Shown one piece after another: positions 1-6,407 of a stretch of DNA of 7,461 nt; the first letter of the stretch is position 1; every line of letters begins with the position of its first letter. The position numbers were made by a program, and so were the translations under genes. The notes below the pieces were generated by a model, which made no database searches, was not told the origin of the DNA, and saw only the letters and a list, made by a program, of their open reading frames with translations. Source of the stretch: a virus (taxonomy: Duplodnaviria > Heunggongvirae > Uroviricota > Caudoviricetes); IMG/VR virus record IMGVR_UViG_2778261152_000006; one strand, 5' to 3'.

Positions 1-201
1 TTCTTGATCTGTATCTTTATCTGTATCTTTATCTGTCGTGACTCGTCGTGACATGTGCGTGACATTTCGTGACGCGCTCACCAGGAGGTGGATATACACT
101 GCCATCACTGTTGCAATTGGCTGCCCTGACACCCTGGCAATTGTTCGCCACTTAGGGTCATTTGGCATGTCATGCCATAATCTGAGCCAGGCGTTAGCCA
201 T
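1..201 (-). CDS. Replication-initiation-like protein (YdaU/DUF1376-like), N-terminal 67 codons only; continues beyond window start
   Basis: Not in the ORF track because it runs off the edge. My own minus-strand translation from ATG (plus 199-201) gives MANAWLRLWHDMPNDPKWRTIARVSGQPIATVMAVYIHLLVSASRNVTHMSRRVTTDKDTDKDTDQE with no stop to position 1. SD-like GAGGTGA lies 5 nt upstream. Position directly downstream of the CII-like gene matches the lambda cro-cII-O layout. Family assignment is from memory of the motif pattern, not a search. Confidence 0.5.
   Translation of the reverse strand, partial: MANAWLRLWHDMPNDPKWRTIARVSGQPIATVMAVYIHLLVSASRNVTHMSRRVTTDKDTDKDTDQE
7..36. repeat. 12 bp tandem direct repeat ATCTGTATCTTT x2.5
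   Basis: atctgtatcttt atctgtatcttt atctgt read directly. Lies inside the YdaU-like coding frame (minus strand), where it encodes DKDTDKDTD. Confidence 0.8.
37..73. repeat. Four CGTGAC (GTCACG on minus) hexamer repeats phased at 10-11 bp; iteron-like
   Basis: CGTGAC at 37, 47, 58 and 68. The helical-turn spacing and the adjacent AT-rich tandem repeat resemble an iteron plus AT-rich origin arrangement. Confidence 0.6.
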
Positions 202-272
202 ACTCACCTCTTTTGATACCGAATCTTTTTACTCACAAATTGCCGGAAGTGATCCGGTATGAATATTGCGAG

Positions 273-698
273 TCAATGCACAGCCACAATATTTCCTGCA
301 GGGCCACCACGATTCATCTGGTTGAAACCAGCGATCGCCACTGCGACAAAATCATCAGCGTCTCTCACCAGTCGTTCCCGCGTCTCCACTAGTTCCCGAA
401 AATAGGCTGAGCTATGGCTGCGCATTCGGGCCACCAGCAGAGGTGGCATTGCTTTTTCGATAGCTGGTAACAACGCCTGAATTTTTTCAACTGCATCAGG
501 GGTGTCTTTCTCTACCCAGCGGAAAATTTTCTGGGTATTGCGAGCCAGGGCTTCCGGATGGCTGTCGTCATACAGTTCTGGGAACGTCATACCCAGTTCA
601 AAATAAGCCCTGGTTATTTCAGCTGCCGGAACTTTTTCACCGTCCGGATGCGCCCAGGCATTCATCGCCATGCGGATGTGTTCATGCTTGATTTTCAT
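273..698 (-). CDS. ydaT: CII-like prophage regulator (YdaT family), 141 aa
   Basis: ORF-track 141 aa protein starting MKIKHEHI, which I recall as the YdaT N-terminus. GGAG lies about 8 nt upstream of the ATG on the minus strand. Start overlaps the end of the upstream Cro-like gene by 17 nt. Symbol is tentative. Confidence 0.7.
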   Translation of the reverse strand: MKIKHEHIRMAMNAWAHPDGEKVPAAEITRAYFELGMTFPELYDDSHPEALARNTQKIFRWVEKDTPDAVEKIQALLPAIEKAMPPLLVARMRSHSSAYFRELVETRERLVRDADDFVAVAIAGFNQMNRGGPAGNIVAVH

Positions 699-963
699 GA
701 ATCAAGCTCCTAGAAAGTGGTTGTGTTAACATTTTGGTATCTTCCAGCTCGGGCCAAATATTCATCCAATCAAAAGGCCTTAGTTGCTGACGTGTAACTT
801 CACCATTACTGGCTCGCTCAATAAGGACACATAACGATGCCCCTAACACTTGACCTTTACTCAATGCCTTTCTTAGATAACCGATGCTGGTACCACACTC
901 GCATGCAAACATACGCTGTTCATCTGACGAAAGAGAATTGAGAAATATTCTTAATTCTTCCAT
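682..963 (-). CDS. Cro-like HTH regulator (YdaS-family analogue), 93 aa
   Basis: 93 aa ORF with an HTH-like segment (ECGTSIGYLRKALSKGQ) and a ...GEVTRQQLRPFDW tail typical of Cro/YdaS-family proteins. Strong SD AAGGAG 6 nt upstream of the ATG on the minus strand. Divergent from the repressor gene across a 100 bp operator-bearing intergenic region. Confidence 0.7.
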   Translation of the reverse strand: MEELRIFLNSLSSDEQRMFACECGTSIGYLRKALSKGQVLGASLCVLIERASNGEVTRQQLRPFDWMNIWPELEDTKMLTQPLSRSLIHENQA

Positions 964-992
964 AGCTACTCCTTAGTAAACACAGCAAAGAA

Positions 993-1069
993 CACCCATA
1001 GGTAAACAAAAGTCAATACCCACAGGTTGTTTACCTTGCAGTAATCGCATCTATTATTTACCTATGGAC
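993..1069. promoter_or_regulatory. OR-like operator cluster between the divergent Cro-like and repressor genes; repeated TACC-N4-GGTA / GGTAAA half-sites
   Basis: CCATAGGTAAA at 996-1006 and its reverse complement TTTACCTATGG at 1057-1067 (11/11). GGTAAACAA at 1001-1009 and its reverse complement TTGTTTACC at 1027-1035. The last site overlaps the repressor ATG at 1064. Confidence 0.5.
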
Positions 1070-1483
1070 AAATATGAATTTAGACGACAGCAACTCATCA
1101 AAATTCGTGATGAGAAATGCGATGGTAAAGCGGTTAACGTGGCCAGAAAGATCGGGCGCGAGCCTTCTTATGTATCAAGAATGTTGTACCCAGAGGGGAA
1201 AAAGGGAAAAAAACGGATCGCTGATGATATGGTGGAGATTATCGAAGAGTCCTTTGGGTTACCCCGGGGATGGATGGATGGTATCGTTTCATCATCAACG
1301 AACACAGCCTCCAGTTATGAAACAAGGGTTCTAACGCCACGACAACGTATTTTTTTAGATCTCTTAGACGAACTGCCAGAAAGTGAAGCGGATAACTTAT
1401 TAAAAACTCTTGAAGAGAAAAAACAGTATTACAATATGATCTACGAAGAAATCCGTAAAAAGAAAGCACAAAACGCATCATAG
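1064..1483 (+). CDS. Prophage repressor (CI/RacR analogue, HTH), 139 aa
   Basis: 139 aa ORF divergent from the Cro-like gene, in the position of racR/cI. No in-frame alternative start upstream (stop at 977-979) and no SD, suggesting a leaderless mRNA. Shorter than the 158 aa I recall for K-12 RacR, so probably a variant immunity allele. Confidence 0.7.
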   Translation: MDKYEFRRQQLIKIRDEKCDGKAVNVARKIGREPSYVSRMLYPEGKKGKKRIADDMVEIIEESFGLPRGWMDGIVSSSTNTASSYETRVLTPRQRIFLDLLDELPESEADNLLKTLEEKKQYYNMIYEEIRKKKAQNAS

Positions 1484-1525
1484 CTCACCAAACAACTAGT
1501 CACCAGTTAAGACACCGCAAAAAGT

Positions 1526-1574
1526 TACCCATGGGTATTTACTTTTTAAATACCTATGGGTATCCTTCTTTTCA
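1526..1574 (+). promoter_or_regulatory. OL-like operator palindrome downstream of the repressor gene; also folds as a 15 bp stem-loop followed by a T-rich tract (possible terminator)
   Basis: TACCCATGGGTATTT (1526-1540) and the reverse complement of 1548-1562 (TACCCATAGGTATTT) match 14/15, the mismatch being a G-U wobble in RNA. Loop 1541-1547. Followed by ATCCTTCTTTT. Core ACCCAT(A/G)GGTA is the same motif as at 995-1004. Confidence 0.45.
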
Positions 1575-1737
1575 TACCAACCCACCCCGCCCCACAGAAT
1601 GCAGGGCAATACTTCGAGTTACCAGGCAGTGGTCAGGGGTTAAGTAGCCAGCCCGAGGCGTAAGAACATGACGGCGGGATTCAAATTTTGCAGTGCAGCA
1701 GTTAGTTCCGCCACCCGGCGTTAAGGGGAGAGATAAG

Positions 1738-1872
1738 ATGGTGCATTACGAAGTAGTTCAGTATTTGATGGATTGTTGCGGTATCACTTACAACCAGGCT
1801 GTGCAGGCTTTACGCAGCAACGACTGGGATCTCTGGCAGGCAGAAGTCGCTATACGTAGCAACAAGATGTGA
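1738..1872 (+). CDS. ydaG: Small Rac prophage protein YdaG (44 aa)
   Basis: My translation MVHYEVVQYLMDCCGITYNQAVQALRSNDWDLWQAEVAIRSNKM matches my recollection of K-12 YdaG. SD AGGGGAG about 7 nt upstream. Below the ORF-track size cutoff. Confidence 0.7.
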   Translation: MVHYEVVQYLMDCCGITYNQAVQALRSNDWDLWQAEVAIRSNKM

Positions 1873-1882
1873 GATTCGCAAA

Positions 1883-2038
1883 ATGCAAAAAATCGACCTC
1901 GGCAACAACGAATCCCTGGTGTGCGGCGTGTTCCCCAACCAGGATGGAACGTTCACTGCCATGACGTATACCAAAAGCAAAACATTTAAAACCGAAACTG
2001 GTGCGCGCCGATGGTTGGAGAAGCACACAGTAAGCTAA
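1883..2038 (+). CDS. ydaF: Small Rac prophage protein YdaF (51 aa)
   Basis: My translation MQKIDLGNNESLVCGVFPNQDGTFTAMTYTKSKTFKTETGARRWLEKHTVS matches my recollection of K-12 YdaF. Stop TAA at 2036-2038 overlaps the convergent sieB stop. Confidence 0.65.
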   Translation: MQKIDLGNNESLVCGVFPNQDGTFTAMTYTKSKTFKTETGARRWLEKHTVS

Positions 2039-2523
2039 CGATTAAAACGTCTACTCCTGCTGTTCCAGAATAACTTCATAAAATGGGAGTATTTTTCGGT
2101 GACGAGATAATAAGAACAGTTTGCGCTATCACTCTGATGTTGAATGATGCCCTTCCGTTCTAATTTTTTCATAACCGGGTTACGGCAAGGAGAAGTGATA
2201 ATAAGATTTCCTGTTTTAAGGAAATCTTTAAATACAGCGATTTCTTTCTCAGATAAACGAAGCAATACTCGTTGCTCTGGTAGTAATGAATAATGCTTTT
2301 GAATATGTGCTCGCAATCTTGAGAAGGAAATGGCGACCACGAAAGAAAAGGCAAAAACGATAATCTGAAAGAGCCAAGGCATTTCAGTATAAGCATTGAA
2401 TGCGACAGTAAACTCTTTCGGTATCAGCCAGAGAGTGAGACCAAAAATGATAATCGTATACATAAGTCTTTCGAGTGGCTCGTTAGCAAAAAGTTTCAAC
2501 AATGGAGTAAATACATCCAACAT
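2035..2523 (-). CDS. sieB: Superinfection exclusion protein B (162 aa)
   Basis: The 266 aa track ORF (2035-2835, minus) contains the SieB sequence from its internal Met105 (MLDVFTPLLKLFANEPL...). ATG at plus 2521-2523 (cat on plus). Hydrophobic membrane segments are present. I chose the internal start because it matches the known about 162 aa protein. Confidence 0.8.
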   Translation of the reverse strand: MLDVFTPLLKLFANEPLERLMYTIIIFGLTLWLIPKEFTVAFNAYTEMPWLFQIIVFAFSFVVAISFSRLRAHIQKHYSLLPEQRVLLRLSEKEIAVFKDFLKTGNLIITSPCRNPVMKKLERKGIIQHQSDSANCSYYLVTEKYSHFMKLFWNSRSRRFNR

Positions 2524-2740
2524 ATCAATAACTCTCAACTGTAAGGGTATTGAAATGTTAACACAAGCTCTCGCTGTAGGGGTATAGCCGAGACCACCGA
2601 AGCCCGGAGGTGGTGAAATAAAACCGGGCACAACACGAAGGCGCATTTCCGATATCCATAAAGAGTCGGTCTTGTCTGTTAAATTTAAATGGTGGAGTGC
2701 GCCTCCGGTTGTAAATAACGACATTGCTGTGTGTAGTCCT

Positions 2741-2792
2741 GGCGGCATCAGTTTTTTTCTTGAAGTTCGGCTGATGTCCGCCCTTTTTAAAG
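2741..2792 (+). terminator. Candidate plus-strand intrinsic terminator (tL-like) in the sieB-kilR intergenic region
   Basis: GGCGGCATCAG (2741-2751) pairs with CTGATGTCCGCC (2771-2782): 11 bp with one bulge and a GC-rich base, followed by CTTTTTAAA. The 19 nt loop is unusually large, which lowers confidence. Confidence 0.3.
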
Positions 2793-2963
2793 TGAATTTT
2801 GTGATGCGGTGAATGCGGCTAAGCGCACGTGGCACAGTTAAAAGTCATGTTAGTCCTTATTGGTTTGGGTGGGAAAGCCGACTGTAATTGTTAACTGGTT
2901 GCAGTCACCTGGAGGCACCAGGCACCGCATCAACAAAGTTCATTTGTAAAAATGGAGATAATT

Positions 2964-3185
2964 ATGATTGCACATCACTTCGGAACTGATGAAATACCAC
3001 GTCAGTGTGTGACTCCTGGCGATTATGTTCTTCATGAAGGCCGGACATATATTGCCTCGGCAAACAATATTAAAAAGCGAAAACTATATATTCGTAACCT
3101 GACCACAAAAACATGCATTACTGACCGCATGATTAAAGTCTTCCTCGGTCGTGATGGTTTACCTGTAAAGGCGGAGTCATGGTGA
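2964..3185 (+). CDS. kilR: KilR, Rac prophage cell-division (FtsZ) inhibitor, 73 aa
   Basis: [77 protein letters not shown] at 2954-2957, 6 nt before ATG 2964. The track ORF starts 12 nt earlier at ATG 2952, but that start lacks the SD spacing. Confidence 0.8.
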   Translation: MIAHHFGTDEIPRQCVTPGDYVLHEGRTYIASANNIKKRKLYIRNLTTKTCITDRMIKVFLGRDGLPVKAESW

Positions 3186-3355
3186 TGACTAAGAAAATAA
3201 AATGTGCTTACCACCTTTGCAAAAAAGACGTTGAAGAAAGCAAAGCTATTGAAAGAATGCTTCACTTCATGCACGGGATTTTATCAAAAGACGAACCGAG
3301 AAAATATTGCAGTGAAGCTTGTGCCGAAAAAGACCAGATGGCACATGAACTTTAA
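3185..3355 (+). CDS. ydaE: YdaE, small Cys-rich (CxxC...CxxC) protein, 56 aa
   Basis: My translation [56 protein letters not shown]. Its ATG overlaps the kilR stop (TGATG). Below the track size cutoff. Confidence 0.7.
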   Translation: MTKKIKCAYHLCKKDVEESKAIERMLHFMHGILSKDEPRKYCSEACAEKDQMAHEL

Positions 3356-3429
3356 TTAATTGACTATTCGAAACTGAATTTATGCCAGAAATGGCAGGTA
3401 TTCGCTCAACCTTAATTAAGGAGAAAAAC

Positions 3430-3705
3430 ATGATTACCAATTATGAAGCCACTGTTGTAACTACCGATGACATTGTTCACGAGGTGAATCTGGAAGGAAA
3501 GCGCATTGGCTACGTAATTAAAACAGAAAATAAAGAAACCCCATTCACTGTGGTTGATATCGATGGTCCATCAGGCAACGTAAAAACACTTGATGAAGGT
3601 GTCAAAAAAATGTGCCTGGTGCATATCGGAAAGAATCTGCCCGCAGAAAAAAAAGCCGAATTTCTGGCAACTCTAATTGCAATGAAATTAAAAGGTGAAA
3701 TCTGA
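3430..3705 (+). CDS. racC: RacC, 91 aa
   Basis: Track ORF 3382-3705; I take the internal start MITNYEAT... at 3430, which is preceded by a strong SD AAGGAG (3418-3423). This gives the 91 aa I recall for RacC. Confidence 0.8.
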   Translation: MITNYEATVVTTDDIVHEVNLEGKRIGYVIKTENKETPFTVVDIDGPSGNVKTLDEGVKKMCLVHIGKNLPAEKKAEFLATLIAMKLKGEI

Positions 3706-3711
3706 AAGAAA

Positions 3712-3734
3712 TAGCCTGCGTATGGCGCAGGCTA
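3712..3734. other. Perfect 9 bp inverted repeat with 5 nt loop between racC and recE
   Basis: TAGCCTGCG-TATGG-CGCAGGCTA, 7 nt after the racC stop and 72 nt before the recE ATG. No T-tract after it on the plus strand; T-rich sequence follows on the minus strand. Confidence 0.4.
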
Positions 3735-3806
3735 TGAACAGTGTGTATCCGGCAAGATCATTCACTGAACAAAACGAATTTTAATCTGAGTTGAGGTTAA
3801 AAAACA

Positions 3807-6407
3807 ATGAGCACAAAACCACTCTTCCTGTTACGGAAAGCGAAAAAATCATCCGGTGAACCTGACGTCGTCCTGTGGGCAAGCAACGATTTTGAATCGA
3901 CCTGTGCCACTCTGGACTACCTGATCGTTAAGTCAGGTAAAAAACTGAGCAGCTATTTTAAAGCTGTTGCCACGAATTTTCCTGTCGTTAATGACCTGCC
4001 CGCTGAAGGTGAGATCGATTTTACCTGGAGTGAACGCTATCAACTCAGCAAAGACTCCATGACATGGGAACTAAAACCGGGAGCAGCACCAGACAACGCT
4101 CACTATCAAGGCAATACCAACGTCAACGGCGAAGACATGACTGAGATTGAGGAGAATATGCTACTCCCAATTTCTGGCCAGGAACTGCCCATTCGTTGGC
4201 TTGCTCAACACGGCAGCGAAAAACCGGTAACGCACGTTTCACGCGACGGACTCCAGGCATTACACATTGCTCGGGCTGAAGAACTACCGGCTGTTACTGC
4301 CCTGGCTGTTTCCCACAAAACCAGCCTGCTCGACCCGCTGGAAATTCGCGAACTCCACAAACTGGTTCGTGACACTGACAAAGTTTTCCCTAATCCTGGT
4401 AATTCAAACCTGGGACTGATAACTGCTTTTTTCGAAGCATACCTGAACGCTGACTACACCGATCGAGGACTGCTGACAAAAGAGTGGATGAAGGGTAATC
4501 GTGTTTCACACATCACTCGCACGGCTTCCGGTGCTAATGCTGGCGGCGGAAACCTCACCGATCGCGGCGAAGGTTTCGTACACGATCTGACGTCACTGGC
4601 GCGCGACGTAGCCACTGGCGTACTGGCCCGTTCAATGGATCTGGACATCTATAACCTTCATCCGGCACACGCTAAACGCATTGAGGAAATTATCGCTGAA
4701 AATAAACCGCCCTTTTCTGTTTTCCGCGACAAATTCATCACCATGCCTGGCGGGCTGGATTATTCCCGCGCCATCGTGGTTGCGTCCGTAAAAGAAGCAC
4801 CAATTGGGATCGAGGTCATCCCCGCGCACGTCACTGAATATCTGAACAAAGTACTGACTGAAACCGATCATGCCAACCCTGATCCGGAAATCGTGGATAT
4901 TGCCTGCGGTCGCTCCTCTGCCCCGATGCCGCAGCGAGTAACAGAAGAAGGAAAACAGGATGATGAAGAAAAACCGCAACCATCTGGAACAACGGCAGTT
5001 GAACAGGGAGAGGCTGAAACAATGGAACCGGACGCAACTGAACATCATCAGGACACGCAGCCGCTGGATGCTCAGTCACAGGTAAATTCTGTTGATGCGA
5101 AATATCAGGAACTGCGGGCAGAACTCCATGAAGCCCGGAAAAACATTCCATCAAAAAATCCTGTCGATGCCGATAAATTGCTTGCTGCATCACGTGGTGA
5201 ATTTGTTGACGGAATTAGCGACCCGAACGATCCGAAATGGGTAAAGGGGATCCAGACTCGCGATTGTGTGTACCAGAACCAGCCAGAAACGGAAAAAACC
5301 AGCCCAGATATGAATCAACCTGAGCCAGTAGTGCAACAGGAACCGGAAATAGCCTGCAATGCCTGCGGCCAGACTGGCGGGGATAACTGCCCTGACTGTG
5401 GTGCGGTGATGGGCGACGCAACATACCAGGAAACATTCGCTGAAGAGAGTCAGGTTGAAGCTAAGGAAAATGATCCGGAGGAAATGGAAGGCGCTGAACA
5501 TCCGCACAATGAGAATGCTGGCAGCGATCCGCATCGCGATTGCAGTGATGAAACTGGCGAAGTCGCAGATCCCGTAATCGTAGAAGACATAGAGCCAGGT
5601 ATTTATTACGGAATTTCGAATGAGAATTACCACGCGGGTCCCGGTATCAGTAAGTCTCAGCTCGATGACATTGCTGATACTCCGGCACTATATTTGTGGC
5701 GTAAAAATGCCCCCGTGGACACCACAAAGACAAAAACGCTCGATTTAGGAACTGCTTTCCACTGCCGGGTACTTGAACCGGAAGAATTCAGTAACCGCTT
5801 TATCGTAGCACCTGAATTTAACCGCCGTACAAACGCCGGAAAAGAAGAAGAGAAAGCGTTTCTGATGGAATGCGCAAGCACAGGAAAAACGGTTATCACT
5901 GCGGAAGAAGGCCGGAAAATTGAACTCATGTATCAAAGCGTTATGGCTTTGCCGCTGGGGCAATGGCTTGTTGAAAGCGCCGGACACGCTGAATCATCAA
6001 TTTACTGGGAAGATCCTGAAACAGGAATTTTGTGTCGGTGCCGTCCGGACAAAATTATCCCTGAATTTCACTGGATCATGGACGTGAAAACTACGGCGGA
6101 TATTCAACGATTCAAAACCGCTTATTACGACTACCGCTATCACGTTCAGGATGCATTCTACAGTGACGGTTATGAAGCACAGTTTGGAGTGCAGCCAACT
6201 TTCGTTTTTCTGGTTGCCAGCACAACTATTGAATGCGGACGTTATCCGGTTGAAATTTTCATGATGGGCGAAGAAGCAAAACTGGCAGGTCAACAGGAAT
6301 ATCACCGCAATCTGCGAACCCTGTCTGACTGCCTGAATACCGATGAATGGCCAGCTATTAAGACATTATCACTGCCCCGCTGGGCTAAGGAATATGCAAA
6401 TGACTAA
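3807..6407 (+). CDS. recE: Exodeoxyribonuclease VIII (RecE), 866 aa
   Basis: 866 aa [32 protein letters not shown]... ending ...[11 protein letters not shown], matching the length and sequence I recall for K-12 RecE. The C-terminal third carries the nuclease domain; the middle is acidic and low-complexity. GAGG 9 nt upstream of the ATG. Confidence 0.95.
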   Translation: MSTKPLFLLRKAKKSSGEPDVVLWASNDFESTCATLDYLIVKSGKKLSSYFKAVATNFPVVNDLPAEGEIDFTWSERYQLSKDSMTWELKPGAAPDNAHYQGNTNVNGEDMTEIEENMLLPISGQELPIRWLAQHGSEKPVTHVSRDGLQALHIARAEELPAVTALAVSHKTSLLDPLEIRELHKLVRDTDKVFPNPGNSNLGLITAFFEAYLNADYTDRGLLTKEWMKGNRVSHITRTASGANAGGGNLTDRGEGFVHDLTSLARDVATGVLARSMDLDIYNLHPAHAKRIEEIIAENKPPFSVFRDKFITMPGGLDYSRAIVVASVKEAPIGIEVIPAHVTEYLNKVLTETDHANPDPEIVDIACGRSSAPMPQRVTEEGKQDDEEKPQPSGTTAVEQGEAETMEPDATEHHQDTQPLDAQSQVNSVDAKYQELRAELHEARKNIPSKNPVDADKLLAASRGEFVDGISDPNDPKWVKGIQTRDCVYQNQPETEKTSPDMNQPEPVVQQEPEIACNACGQTGGDNCPDCGAVMGDATYQETFAEESQVEAKENDPEEMEGAEHPHNENAGSDPHRDCSDETGEVADPVIVEDIEPGIYYGISNENYHAGPGISKSQLDDIADTPALYLWRKNAPVDTTKTKTLDLGTAFHCRVLEPEEFSNRFIVAPEFNRRTNAGKEEEKAFLMECASTGKTVITAEEGRKIELMYQSVMALPLGQWLVESAGHAESSIYWEDPETGILCRCRPDKIIPEFHWIMDVKTTADIQRFKTAYYDYRYHVQDAFYSDGYEAQFGVQPTFVFLVASTTIECGRYPVEIFMMGEEAKLAGQQEYHRNLRTLSDCLNTDEWPAIKTLSLPRWAKEYAND

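Noticed and set aside
38-262. 74 aa plus-strand ORF at the window start
   Set aside because: It lies antisense to the better-supported YdaU-like minus-strand frame, which has an SD and a recognisable replication-protein-like sequence. It has no RBS and spans the repeat region and an intergenic gap.
1074-1481. Alternative-frame ORFs (86 aa plus, 80 aa minus) overlapping the repressor gene
   Set aside because: They are nested within or antisense to the repressor CDS and have no independent signals.
1668-1724. Possible 18-codon small ORF (MTAGFKFCSAAVSSATRR) with a GAGG upstream in the repressor-ydaG intergenic region
   Set aside because: Too short and compositionally unremarkable to support without conservation or expression data. 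The region is more likely promoter or operator sequence.
1810-2028. 72 aa minus-strand ORF
   Set aside because: Antisense to the ydaG and ydaF coding sequences, which match known small Rac proteins.
2169-2587. ORFs 2169-2396 (minus) and 2396-2587 (plus) overlapping sieB
   Set aside because: Alternative-frame or antisense reads of the sieB coding region, with no RBS.
2524-2835. N-terminal 104-codon extension of the sieB ORF (266 aa track ORF)
   Set aside because: The recognisable SieB begins at the internal Met. The extension is basic/Pro-rich, non-protein-like, and overlaps the divergent promoter region. Kept as a low-interest finding only.
3032-3274. 80 aa minus-strand ORF
   Set aside because: Antisense to kilR and ydaE.
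3382-3429. Upstream ATG extending racC to 107 aa
   Set aside because: The internal ATG at 3430 has a strong AAGGAG SD and gives the known 91 aa protein; the upstream ATG lacks an SD.
4454-6305. Series of minus-strand ORFs (64-147 aa) inside recE
   Set aside because: All are antisense to the well-supported 866 aa recE frame. Their translations are low-complexity, Arg/Cys/Phe-rich, and typical of out-of-frame antisense reading. None has an RBS.
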